Source: an uncultured Acidimicrobiia bacterium (GTDB taxonomy: Bacteria > Actinomycetota > Acidimicrobiia > Spongiisociales > JAOTWH01). Taken from it: a stretch of 64,000 nt of DNA. The stretch covers positions 3,518 through 67,517 of the forward strand of contig CAYFYE010000003.1 of assembly GCA_964347285.1 (NCBI GenBank), given 5' to 3'. Under the pieces are notes generated by a model. It searched no databases. It was not told the DNA's origin and saw only the letters and a list, made by a program, of their open reading frames with translations. Positions 30,128 to 39,492 of the stretch are shown here, piece after piece (within the stretch, counting starts at the first letter, position 1; each line of letters begins with the position of its first letter). Position numbers and translations under genes: made by a program.

Positions 30128-30447
30128 TATAACAACTCTTCGTGGTTAGTCACGCGCTTTATGTGCATGGCAGCTCCTGGATCGATATCCTTGAGTCGGC
30201 CCAGGTACCGGGACCGCCGCCGGCCGTCCTCTCTCCAGTAGGCGTACCAATAGGGGCCGTGGGGGCAGCGACTGCAGTTGGGCTTGCCGCAACGCACCAT
30301 TTGGCTGCGAAGACCGAAGTGGGGCACCGAGTCCTCGAAGCCGGCCTGCTCCAGTCGGGCCCGGGCCAGGATGACCAGCCGCCGCAATTCGTGTTCATCC
30401 ATTTCCTTGACGGCATCGATGACGCTCCGGTCCATGGCCATGGGCAT
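30124..30447 (-). CDS. hypothetical Cys/His-motif protein (CGKPNCSRCPHGPYWYAYWRE)
   Basis: 107-aa ORF coupled by a 4-nt overlap to the downstream zinc-ribbon gene. Coding-like codon bias. Confidence 0.45.
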   Translation of the reverse strand: MPMAMDRSVIDAVKEMDEHELRRLVILARARLEQAGFEDSVPHFGLRSQMVRCGKPNCSRCPHGPYWYAYWREDGRRRSRYLGRLKDIDPGAAMHIKRVTNHEELLY

Positions 30448-30454
30448 CCGCGCC

Positions 30455-30670
30455 TCAGGCCACCTCGAGCGACACTATCACCCCGCCGGCCGCCGAGCGC
30501 CGGTCGGCCAGCGACCAACCGACCGGAGGACTGAACCGGCCGGCATGCGTTGCGCAAAGGGGGAGACCGCCAGCGGGTGGGTCGACGAGGTCGTCGAGCC
30601 ACACTCGCCCCTCGCCGTAGTCGTAGGTGAGCGTCGCTTCGGCGGCCTCGTTGCACTTCGTGCATCGCAT
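30455..30670 (-). CDS. DUF3499-like small actinobacterial protein
   Basis: MRCTKCNEAAEATLTYDY... resembles the conserved N-terminus of DUF3499 proteins. Internal ATG chosen. Confidence 0.5.
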   Translation of the reverse strand: MRCTKCNEAAEATLTYDYGEGRVWLDDLVDPPAGGLPLCATHAGRFSPPVGWSLADRRSAAGGVIVSLEVA

Positions 30671-30783
30671 CGTCGCCAACCTAGAAAGGGTGAACGGCGG
30701 CGCCAAGGATTTCGGACGATCTGATGGCATTTCGCGGTCTTACGCGCCAAAAGGCGCGTAAGACGGTTTTGTCATTCGGCCAC

Positions 30784-32103
30784 TCACCGCTCCAGAGGGG
30801 TACCCACCGAGAAGGCGGCCCCCTCCGAGCGTTGGATGCTCCACGCCGCTGTGAATGGCTCCAATGAGTCGGCCCGTAGCCCGACGACCTCGTCGCCTTC
30901 GACGATGAACTGGCGTACCGTGCCCGCCGGCAGCGCCACCTTGTCGGTTCGGGCCGGCCCGCTTCCCAGCGACTGCAGAGTGACGGTGGCGTCCACGGCA
31001 CCGGTGTTGAGGAGCCAAACGGCCCGCACTCCCTCACGGCCGGTTCCCGCACCCGGGAGAAGCCAACCCCGGGACGGCTTCGACAGCCCCGGTGTGGCCG
31101 CCAGCGCTCCCCCGCCCCGACTCACCGCTGCGGCCGCTATCGGTGACCCGGCTCGCAACCGGAGACCCAGTGCCCCGTCGGCGAGGTCCCCCACCGGAAT
31201 CCTGGCCGGCTCGTTCGGAGCCAGAGTCACCACCCGGGCGGCCGGTACCGCTCCATCGGGGGTGTGAACATCGATCTCCACGTCGACGGTGTCCTTGCCC
31301 GGGTTGACGACCGCCACCGCCGGCTCCATTGTCCCGGTGCGCATCACCGGAAACTCCCACACTGTGCTCAGGCCGGTGCCCGGCCAAAAGGCCTGGTCGT
31401 TGCCGTCGTCGAGGGCGAACACCGGAAGGACGATTCCCTCCTCGGTCGTGATGCTGACGGCTATCGCCTCCCGCAAGCGAAGCTCGTTCTCCAGGGCCAG
31501 ATCGACCCAATTGCGAGAAGGCACCGAGATCCCGGTCAGGCTGGGCAGGGGCTCCGGCCCGAACTCGCTGACCGCCGTGACCGTCGCCTTGGCCAACTCG
31601 GGAAATGGGTTGAAGAGCCGCAGTGTGAGCGACTCGCCCTGGCGCGTGGAACCGCCCGGCACGTGCCACACCCTGGGACCGGAGGCCACACACAGGTCGC
31701 CGGACACTTCCCCGTCCGATTCGACGAGGACCCCGGCGGCTGAGGGCGTCTCGGCGAATTCGACAAACCCGGGCACGCTGCCCCGCAGAGCCACGTCCGA
31801 AACGAGCAGGGCACTCGCTCCCGGTCCGGCGACGTCGAGGGTGAACTGGTCAGGCTCGGCACCCGGCTCGGGATTGGGGAACGTGAACCGGGCTGGGGTG
31901 GACTCGAGGGCCATCGTTGCGAAGGAGGTCTCGAACTCGAAGCTGGCCTCGACCCAGGAGCAATACCAAACACCGGCGGCGGCCGAGACTGCCGAGCTCT
32001 CGACGGGACGCACCGGAGCGGCAGCCGGGGCCGGAGGCTCTTGCATCAAGAAAGCTGCGGTGGCGAGGCCTCCGGCAACCAGCAACCAGCCCACTCGCTT
32101 CAC
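30784..32103 (-). CDS. hypothetical secreted/membrane-anchored protein (DUF5719-like), translationally coupled to upstream GT2-membrane fusion
   Basis: GTG start (VKRVGWLLVAGGLATAAFL, signal/anchor) overlaps the upstream stop (GTGA). About 440 aa. No catalytic motifs. Confidence 0.5.
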   Translation of the reverse strand: MKRVGWLLVAGGLATAAFLMQEPPAPAAAPVRPVESSAVSAAAGVWYCSWVEASFEFETSFATMALESTPARFTFPNPEPGAEPDQFTLDVAGPGASALLVSDVALRGSVPGFVEFAETPSAAGVLVESDGEVSGDLCVASGPRVWHVPGGSTRQGESLTLRLFNPFPELAKATVTAVSEFGPEPLPSLTGISVPSRNWVDLALENELRLREAIAVSITTEEGIVLPVFALDDGNDQAFWPGTGLSTVWEFPVMRTGTMEPAVAVVNPGKDTVDVEIDVHTPDGAVPAARVVTLAPNEPARIPVGDLADGALGLRLRAGSPIAAAAVSRGGGALAATPGLSKPSRGWLLPGAGTGREGVRAVWLLNTGAVDATVTLQSLGSGPARTDKVALPAGTVRQFIVEGDEVVGLRADSLEPFTAAWSIQRSEGAAFSVGTPLER

Positions 32104-34910
32104 CGCGCCCTCCTCCCCGTCCCGGCCGTCGCAATCGCCACCAGGACCACGAAGAGGAGAGCGGCGGTGATGGCCTCCCGACGCATTCCCGGCCGGGGCT
32201 CGAAGCGCACCTCCCCCTCGGTCGCCGCCAGCTCGTTGGCCCATCCCGACTGGCTCCAGGGGTGCGGGGCCCAGCGCTGGTCACCGTTCTCCGCCACGTA
32301 CACCGTGGCGACCGGATCGGCCGGACCGCGGTAGTGCGGCGCATCCCACGTCCATTCCGACCCATCGCTGGCGACGGCCCGCCGAGCGCTGGCCTCGTTG
32401 AAGAACACGGTCCCCTCGAGGCCGGGAAGAGGCACGAGGTCGAGCTGACCGGCCAGGGCGCTATCGAAAGCAGTCTCTCCGGTGAGGACGACCCATTGGA
32501 TGCCGAAGGGGGCCAGGGCCTCTCCGGCTCGGGCCACCTCTCCGGCGGCCATCGATCTCAGCACTCCCTTGAGTTCCTGGTCCCCGAGGCGGGGCTCGTC
32601 GAGCCGGGCCTCCCACAGACGGGGCACCGGTGGCGCCACCACGCGATACGGGGTGGCGTCCAGCAAACGGGACTCGCCGGGCAGCGTGTCCTGGGGGCCC
32701 ATCATCAGCACCCGAACCGACTCCGCCTGCTCGCCCTGAACTGCTGTGAACTCGAGCAGGCCGCGCAGCTCATCTCCGGGAAGGCCGGCCCGCCCGGGAG
32801 CGATGGCCGGGACCGACCAGGCCAGCAATACCAGCGCCGCGGCCACACCGGTAACGGCCAGGGCGCGCCGCCAGAGGCGGGTGAACTCCAGCCTTCCCCA
32901 GATCTCCACTGCAGCGCCGGCCACGGCCGCGGCGCCCAGCGCAGCCAGGATCATCCCGGTGTTGGCAGCCGCCGTCCCAAAATCGAGGTTTCCGGTGCGG
33001 GCGATCAGCAGACCGCCGGCTGCCAGCGCCGTCCCCCAGCCGGCCACTGCAGCCAGGACGCGATCACCGGCCACCACGATGGAGACACCGGCGGTCAGCA
33101 CCACGATCGCAATCGGCCATCCCGGCCGCCAGAAGGCGGGTTCTCCTTGCTGCAGGTAAACGGTGAGTCCGATGATCCCGAACCATGGAAACAGGAGAGG
33201 GATCGCCACCAGGGCCCCGGCCGCGGCTCGCACCACCGCCCACCAGCGGGCTCCCACCGCCAGCAATGCCCACAGAGCCAGCACCGCGGTGGGGACGACG
33301 AGCAAGGATGGTTGGGCGGCGGCGGCCAGACCGGTCGTCCATCCGACGGCGGCAATGCGCCCCGCCCGACCCAGCCAACTCCTGGGCCAGGGGCGCAGCG
33401 CAATGCGGATTGCCCACGGCAGAGCTCCCAGGGCCAGCAACGCCGTCCACTGGGTGGCGTCGCCGAGGGCTTGGGCGGCCGGGCCGACGACCAACACCAC
33501 GCCGCCCACATAGGCGGCCGGCGGGCGAATGCCCCAGCCCCGCAGCAGCCGGGCCATGCCCACCACTCCGGCCCAGAGGGCGCCTATCGTGACGATGGTG
33601 GCGGTGAGCTCGGCACGATCCAAGAGGAGCCCCTGGAGTCCGGCGATGAACCCCACCGAGGGCTCGAGAGGGTACGGGCTACCGAGGCCGGCCGGATTCC
33701 ATCCACCGGCGTACGCGTCGAGTGTGTTGAGCGCCGACGGCGAAGGCGGCAGGGAATATCCCACCGCGGGAAGTCGACCGGTCCAGATCGTCCGGGTAGC
33801 CAGTACCACCACTCCCAGGCCCACGGCCCCGGCGATGAAGCCGGGGCTGCGCAAGGTGTCCTGGGTCGCCTCCCAGGCCCCGGCCAACCCTTTGACGCGG
33901 GTCTGCGGCTGCCGCTCCTGGATCCGGTCTCCCACCTCGGCAACGAGAGAACGCAACCGGGCCGACCCCCGCAGCTGATAGCGAAACAGTTCTTCGTCTC
34001 CGTACACCCGCTTGCGGCGGGTCGCAAATCGGGCCCGGATCGTCGATGGCAGCTTGAAGAAGTTCCACACCCAGGCCCGTATGAAGCCGAACAAGGTCCA
34101 GCGGCCCAGCAACGGCGCCACGACCGCCTCAACGAGGCCGATGAGGAAGGCGAAAGGAAGGGTCCACAGCAGGGTGATCAGGCTGTAGCTCTTGAGCATG
34201 GCCCGGATCCGGCCGGCCTCCTCGAGCCACGGGGTGGTCCGGGGCCGCTCGGACAGAGGAACGAGGACCTCTGAAGAGGGAATCACCACCACCCGGGCCC
34301 CGCGCAGCCGAGCCCGGTGACAGAAGTCGATGCCGGCCGACTCGGGGGCCAGCTCTGGGTCGGGACCCTGCAACCCCCGCAGCAGATCCCGTCTCACCAG
34401 AAGGGACAGTGCCGAGATGGCCGCGACGTTGCGGATGACGTCGTACTGGGCCTGATCTCGCTCGCTGGACTCGAGGCCCAAGTAGGGGACGGCAAAGACG
34501 TCGGTGGCCAGGCCGACGGAAACGAGCACGTCGGGCTCCTCGAGGCGAAGCACCTTGGAACCGGCCACCGATGCCTGAACCCGCTCGCTCTCCAGGACCA
34601 GGGCCTTGAGAGCGTCGGGGCGGGGACGGACCTCCTCGTTGGTGAACCACAGATAGGTGACGTCGTCGGGTACTCGCTCGATCACCTCGGTCATGCTCTT
34701 GGCCCATTGCACGCCGTGGGTCTTCGCCAGCGTCTCGGACTCCTCGCCACCCCCTACGACGAAGCGGGCCGCCGTTTCGTACACTTGCCCGTCCAACGCG
34801 TGGAGCCCCTCTTCGAGTTTGGAGGGGTCTCTCACTAGGACGACCGCCACGACCTTGGCAGCAGCGGTGTCCCCCGAAGAAGGGGGGACGGAAGACATTC
34901 GAGGAGTCAT
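32100..34910 (-). CDS. GT2 glycosyltransferase domain fused to a large polytopic membrane domain
   Basis: N-terminal GT2 fold (VVAVVLVRDPSKL..., DxD-like) followed by about 20 predicted TM helices. The start is uncertain: 34937, 34910 or 34898, because cofD starts at 34951 on the other strand. Confidence 0.6.
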   Translation of the reverse strand: MTPRMSSVPPSSGDTAAAKVVAVVLVRDPSKLEEGLHALDGQVYETAARFVVGGGEESETLAKTHGVQWAKSMTEVIERVPDDVTYLWFTNEEVRPRPDALKALVLESERVQASVAGSKVLRLEEPDVLVSVGLATDVFAVPYLGLESSERDQAQYDVIRNVAAISALSLLVRRDLLRGLQGPDPELAPESAGIDFCHRARLRGARVVVIPSSEVLVPLSERPRTTPWLEEAGRIRAMLKSYSLITLLWTLPFAFLIGLVEAVVAPLLGRWTLFGFIRAWVWNFFKLPSTIRARFATRRKRVYGDEELFRYQLRGSARLRSLVAEVGDRIQERQPQTRVKGLAGAWEATQDTLRSPGFIAGAVGLGVVVLATRTIWTGRLPAVGYSLPPSPSALNTLDAYAGGWNPAGLGSPYPLEPSVGFIAGLQGLLLDRAELTATIVTIGALWAGVVGMARLLRGWGIRPPAAYVGGVVLVVGPAAQALGDATQWTALLALGALPWAIRIALRPWPRSWLGRAGRIAAVGWTTGLAAAAQPSLLVVPTAVLALWALLAVGARWWAVVRAAAGALVAIPLLFPWFGIIGLTVYLQQGEPAFWRPGWPIAIVVLTAGVSIVVAGDRVLAAVAGWGTALAAGGLLIARTGNLDFGTAAANTGMILAALGAAAVAGAAVEIWGRLEFTRLWRRALAVTGVAAALVLLAWSVPAIAPGRAGLPGDELRGLLEFTAVQGEQAESVRVLMMGPQDTLPGESRLLDATPYRVVAPPVPRLWEARLDEPRLGDQELKGVLRSMAAGEVARAGEALAPFGIQWVVLTGETAFDSALAGQLDLVPLPGLEGTVFFNEASARRAVASDGSEWTWDAPHYRGPADPVATVYVAENGDQRWAPHPWSQSGWANELAATEGEVRFEPRPGMRREAITAALLFVVLVAIATAGTGRRAR

Positions 34911-34950
34911 TTTGGGGCGCCGAACAGCGCATGGCAAAGGAGAACCGGCG

Positions 34951-35859
34951 GTGACCCTCCTGTCCGGGGGCGTCGGGGGAGCTCGTTTGGCTCGGGGCTT
35001 GGCGGCGGCGCTCCCCGAACGCCGGCTGTCGATCGTCGTGAATGTGGGCGACGACGACGAGATCTATGGCGTGCACGTGTCCGCCGACCTCGACACTGTG
35101 CTGTACACGCTGGCCGGCCTCGAAGGGCCCCAGGGCTGGGGCCGGGCCGGAGACACGTTCAACGTGATGGCTGCACTCGAAGACCTCGGGGTGGATGCCC
35201 GCTTTCGTATCGGCGACCGCGACCTGGCCACCAACCTGGCCCGTACCGCGGCTCTGCGTCGCGGCGACTCGCTCACCGACGTGACCGGCCGGCTTGCCGA
35301 TGCCTTCGGGCTGACGGCCCGCCTCCTGCCGGCCAGCAACGACAAGCTGCGTACCACGGTCCGGACCGCCGCGGGGGATTGGCTGAGCTTCCAGGAGTAC
35401 TTCGTCATGCGCGGCCACGCAGACGAGGTGGTCGAGGTCCGCTTCGAGGGTGCCGAGGCGGCCCGCCCCGCCCCGGGGGTCATCGAAGCGTTGGCCGGGG
35501 CGGATCTGGTCGTGGTCGCCCCTTCCAACCCTCCACTTTCGATCTGGCCGATTCTGGCCGTGCCGGGAATTCGAGAGGCGGTCGCCGCTGCCGCTCGGGT
35601 CGTGGCCGTTTCGCCGCTGTTCGGCGGAAAGCCCCTCAAAGGTCCGGCCGACCGGGTGATGGCCTCCCTCCGACTCCCGGAAGGCAACTCCGGCGTGGCG
35701 GCGGCCTACGAAGGGCTCCTCGACGTCTTGGTGGTCGACCTCGGCGACGCGATGGACGCCGACCTGCCGGGCGACGTCGAGGTGATAGCCGCCGACACCC
35801 GTATCGCCGACCCGGACGCGGCCCGACGCTTCGCCGCTTGGTTGCTGGAGGCGGCATGA
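34951..35859 (+). CDS. cofD: 2-phospho-L-lactate transferase (F420 biosynthesis, CofD/FbiA)
   Basis: GTG start with AAGGAG 7 nt upstream. Conserved LSGGVGGARL and CofD family blocks. Confidence 0.8.
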   Translation: MTLLSGGVGGARLARGLAAALPERRLSIVVNVGDDDEIYGVHVSADLDTVLYTLAGLEGPQGWGRAGDTFNVMAALEDLGVDARFRIGDRDLATNLARTAALRRGDSLTDVTGRLADAFGLTARLLPASNDKLRTTVRTAAGDWLSFQEYFVMRGHADEVVEVRFEGAEAARPAPGVIEALAGADLVVVAPSNPPLSIWPILAVPGIREAVAAAARVVAVSPLFGGKPLKGPADRVMASLRLPEGNSGVAAAYEGLLDVLVVDLGDAMDADLPGDVEVIAADTRIADPDAARRFAAWLLEAA

Positions 35860-36554
35860 GGATCGAGATCATCCCGGTCGAGGGCCTCGGCGAGGTGCAG
35901 GCCGGAGACGACCTGGCGGCCGACCTACTGGCGGCCGTGGGGAAGTCGGGCGAACGGTTGGCGGACGGCGACGTCGTGGTGATCACACACAAGATCATCT
36001 CCAAGCAGCAGGGGGCGGTGGCCCCCGCAGTCGACGATGCCGCCTATCGGGCCCTGGTAGAGAGGGAGGCGGCGGCGGTCCTGCGCCGGAGAGGGACTCT
36101 CGTCATCACCGAGACCCGCCACGGCTTCGTGTGCGCCAACGCCGGCGTCGACCGCTCCAACATGCCTCCGGGAAAGGCGGCGCTGCTGCCTCCCGATCCC
36201 GATGGCTCGGCACACGCCATCCGGACGCGTCTGGAGCGGGACACCGGCCGGCGGCTGGCGGTGGTCATCACCGACACCTTCGGGCGGGCCTGGCGGCGCG
36301 GCCAAACCGACGTGGCCCTCGGGGTCTCGGGCATCCCGGCTTTGCTGGATCTGCGGGGCACCCTCGATGCGCTCGGCCGTGAGCTCACCGCCACCGAGAC
36401 CGCCTTCGCCGACGAAGTGGCCGCCGGCGCCGACCTGGTGATGGGCAAAGACCGCAACATCCCGGCCTGCATCGTTCGGGGGCTGGAGTATCCCCCGCAA
36501 CAGGGAAAGGGTGCGGATTTGGTGAGAGACCCGAGCGAAGATCTGTTCCGGTAG
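35856..36554 (+). CDS. cofE: F420-0:gamma-glutamyl ligase (CofE); stand-alone, with no nitroreductase-like C-terminal domain
   Basis: MRIEIIPVEGLGEVQAGDDLA... matches the CofE N-terminus. 232 aa. ATGA overlap with cofD. Confidence 0.75.
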   Translation: MRIEIIPVEGLGEVQAGDDLAADLLAAVGKSGERLADGDVVVITHKIISKQQGAVAPAVDDAAYRALVEREAAAVLRRRGTLVITETRHGFVCANAGVDRSNMPPGKAALLPPDPDGSAHAIRTRLERDTGRRLAVVITDTFGRAWRRGQTDVALGVSGIPALLDLRGTLDALGRELTATETAFADEVAAGADLVMGKDRNIPACIVRGLEYPPQQGKGADLVRDPSEDLFR

Positions 36555-36565
36555 GCCGGCCCGTC

Positions 36566-37447
36566 ATGCCCGAGCTCCCCGATATCGAGGCGTATTTGGC
36601 GGCGCTGCGGCCCCGCGTCGTGGGCGAAGTGCTGGAGCGGGTCCGGGTGCAATCGATCTCGCTGCTCAAGAGCTACGACCCGCCCCTGGAGACGGTCCAC
36701 GGCCGCGAGGTCATCGGCCTGCGCCGCCTCGGCAAGCGAATCGTCTTCTGCTTCGACGACGAGCTGTTCCTGGGCCTTCACCTCATGGTGGCCGGTCGGC
36801 TGCACTGGAAGCCGCCCGGGGCCAAGATCCCCGGCAGGGTGGGCCACGCCGCCTTCGACTTCTCCACCGGGACGCTCACCCTGACCGAAGCGGGCACCAA
36901 GAAGAGGGCCGCCCTCCACCTGTTGCAAGGAGAGGAGTCCCTTGCCGCTCTGGACCGGGGCGGAGTCGAGGTGTTCGACGTCGATGAGGCCGGCTTCACC
37001 GAAACGCTGCGCCGGGAGCGGCATACCCTCAAGCGGACCCTGACCGACCCCCGCATCTTCAGCGGAATCGGAGGCGCCTACGCCGACGAGATCATGCACC
37101 GGGCCAAGCTGTCCCCGCTGGCCCGGTCGGATCGTCTCGGTGCAGACGAGGGGGCCCGGCTGCTGGCGGCGGCCCGGGAGGTCCTCACCGAGTGGGCCGA
37201 GCGCCTGGTGGCCGAGGCGGAGGAGGAGTTCCCGGAGAACGTCACCGCGTTCCGCGACGAGATGGCGGTGCACGGAAAGTTCGGCGCCGAGTGCCCGACC
37301 TGTGGGGCCACCGTTCAGCGCATCGTCTACGCCTCGAACGAGACCAACTACTGCCCGGGCTGCCAAACCGACGGCAAGATCCTCGCCGATCGCGCTCTGT
37401 CCCGCCTCCTCAAGGACGATTGGCCGCGTGACCTCGACGAGCTCTAG
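36566..37447 (+). CDS. Fpg/Nei family DNA glycosylase
   Basis: N-terminal MPELPDIE (catalytic P2/E3) and C-terminal zinc finger CPTCG...CPGCQ. Confidence 0.85.
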   Translation: MPELPDIEAYLAALRPRVVGEVLERVRVQSISLLKSYDPPLETVHGREVIGLRRLGKRIVFCFDDELFLGLHLMVAGRLHWKPPGAKIPGRVGHAAFDFSTGTLTLTEAGTKKRAALHLLQGEESLAALDRGGVEVFDVDEAGFTETLRRERHTLKRTLTDPRIFSGIGGAYADEIMHRAKLSPLARSDRLGADEGARLLAAAREVLTEWAERLVAEAEEEFPENVTAFRDEMAVHGKFGAECPTCGATVQRIVYASNETNYCPGCQTDGKILADRALSRLLKDDWPRDLDEL

Positions 37448-38382
37448 TGAAATCGGAACCAGTCGACGGTGAGGCGGATTCCGGTCGGCAGCGGGGTGAA
37501 CGGCGACCACCCCAGATGGCGACCCGCCGCGGCGGCGTCGAGCGCCGAACGGCGTAGGTCCCCGGGACGGGCCGCCATCATGGCGGGCCCGCCCCGGTAG
37601 CGGGTGGCCTCGGCCACCAGCCGGTACACGTCGAGGATCGAGGTCTCGACCCCCGTCCCGATGTTGAGCAGCCGCCCCCCGCCCCGTTCCGCGCCGCGCA
37701 TGAGAGCGTCGACGGCGTCTTCGACGTAGACGAAGTCGCGAGTCTGCTTCCCGTCCCCAAAGATCACCGGCTGGTGCCGCTCGAGCATCGTGCGGGCGAA
37801 GATGGCCACGACTCCTCCCTCCCCGGATGAGTCCTGGCGCGGCCCGTACAGGTTGGCGAAGGCCAGACTGATGTAATCGAGGCCGTAGCTCGCCCGGAAG
37901 AAACGGAAGTACTCGTCGACGACCTTCTTGGCGATGCCGTATGGGGATTCGGGATGCTTGGCGGCCCGCTCCCCGGTGGGGACCTTGACCTTGTCCCCGT
38001 ACAGGGCACCACCCGTCGAGGAGAAGACCACTCGCTCGGCGCCCGCCTCGACGGCCGCCGCCAACACGTTCACCGTGCCCACGACATTCACCGAAGCATC
38101 GAACGCGGGGGCATCCATCGAACGGGCCACGCTGGCCTGGGCCGCCAGGTGGAACACCACCTCCGGTCCGAAACGAGTCACAGCCTCGGGTAGCTCGTCG
38201 GCCCGGATGTCGAGTTGATGAAAATGCAGGTTGCCGGTGCTCCGGGCCTGCGCCAGGTTCTCCAGACGTCCCGAGGACAGGTCGTCGATGGCGAGCACCT
38301 CGGCGCCCTCATCCACCAGCCGGTCGGCGAGATGGGAGCCCAGGAACCCGGCCCCTCCGGTGACCACGGCCCTCCCGATCAT
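37444..38382 (-). CDS. NAD-dependent epimerase/dehydratase (UDP-glucose 4-epimerase-like)
   Basis: Rossmann motif VTGGAGFLGSHL and catalytic YxxxK (SPYGIAKK). Confidence 0.8.
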   Translation of the reverse strand: MIGRAVVTGGAGFLGSHLADRLVDEGAEVLAIDDLSSGRLENLAQARSTGNLHFHQLDIRADELPEAVTRFGPEVVFHLAAQASVARSMDAPAFDASVNVVGTVNVLAAAVEAGAERVVFSSTGGALYGDKVKVPTGERAAKHPESPYGIAKKVVDEYFRFFRASYGLDYISLAFANLYGPRQDSSGEGGVVAIFARTMLERHQPVIFGDGKQTRDFVYVEDAVDALMRGAERGGGRLLNIGTGVETSILDVYRLVAEATRYRGGPAMMAARPGDLRRSALDAAAAGRHLGWSPFTPLPTGIRLTVDWFRFH

Positions 38383-39431
38383 TGCGGCGGCGAGAAGCTG
38401 ATCGCCCTCCGCTCCAGTTCGGTCCCGGCCGCCACCCGCATGCCGGCCCCCAGCTCGCACTCGGGTCCGATGCGGCACCCCGCCCCGATCACGGTCTCCC
38501 CCCGCACCGTGGTCCCCGCACCCAGCTCGGAGTCCCAGCCGACCACGGCGCGTTCCACCTCCGCCCCGGGCCCGATGCGGGCGCCACCCAGCACGACCGA
38601 TTCCTTGATGACCGCGCCCGCCGAGATCGTGGCTCCTTCATCGACCCACGACCAGGAGCCGCGGCGCTCCCCATCATCGATCACACCGGGTCCCGACCCG
38701 TGCGGATCCCTGCCTGCCCGCAGACCGGTACGGCCGGTCAGCACGCTCTCGTGGGTGTCGAGATACAGCTCCGGGGTCCCGATGTCGATCCAGCCACCGC
38801 CGATCACCACCGCCGCCAGCTCCTTTTCGGCGGCCAGGTCGGGAAACACCCGGCGCTCGAAAGAGAGTGGGCCGGGCTCGAACCGCTCCAGCACCCTCCG
38901 CTCGACGAGGTACATGCCGGCGTTGACGTTGTGGGAAGGGGCCGTGCCGGGGGCCGGCTTTTCGACAAAGCGGGTCACGGTGCCGTCGGAATCGGTGACC
39001 ACCACGCCGTACTTGGACGGGTCGGCCACCGGCACCAGGGTAAGCACGATGCCTGCTGCGGGCGCCGCCGCCATGAAATCGCCGATGGGGGCGTCGATCA
39101 CCACGTCGCCGTTGAGCACGAGGAAGCGATCGTCCAGACGGCCCCCGAGGAGTGTCACCGGGCCGGCGGTGTCCAACGGCTCTTCCTCGGCCGACAGGCG
39201 GACATCGATCGGTCCTCTCCGCCCGGCGAGGTACTCCTCCCAGGCGGCCGCTTGGCCGCTCCCGACCGCCAGCCAAGCTTCTTCGATCCCGGCGGCAGCG
39301 AGCCGACGGAACTGGTACTCGACGAACGGTATGCCGGCGACGGGGACGAGCGCCTTGGGCTGCGTGTCGGTGAGCGGCCAGAGCCGGGTGCCTCGCCCGC
39401 CGACGAGAAGCACGGCCTGCCTCACACTCAT
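38379..39431 (-). CDS. sugar-1-phosphate nucleotidyltransferase with C-terminal left-handed beta-helix (mannose-1-phosphate guanylyltransferase-like)
   Basis: LLVGGRGTRLWPLT signature and hexapeptide repeats at the C-terminus. Matches the position of the mycobacterial manB/rmlA-like gene. Confidence 0.75.
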   Translation of the reverse strand: MSVRQAVLLVGGRGTRLWPLTDTQPKALVPVAGIPFVEYQFRRLAAAGIEEAWLAVGSGQAAAWEEYLAGRRGPIDVRLSAEEEPLDTAGPVTLLGGRLDDRFLVLNGDVVIDAPIGDFMAAAPAAGIVLTLVPVADPSKYGVVVTDSDGTVTRFVEKPAPGTAPSHNVNAGMYLVERRVLERFEPGPLSFERRVFPDLAAEKELAAVVIGGGWIDIGTPELYLDTHESVLTGRTGLRAGRDPHGSGPGVIDDGERRGSWSWVDEGATISAGAVIKESVVLGGARIGPGAEVERAVVGWDSELGAGTTVRGETVIGAGCRIGPECELGAGMRVAAGTELERRAISFSPPQ

Positions 39432-39492
39432 GACGATCCTTCATTGCGCATGGCCGGCGAGGCTACCAGGGGGCCTCGAAGCCTCCGCCCGG

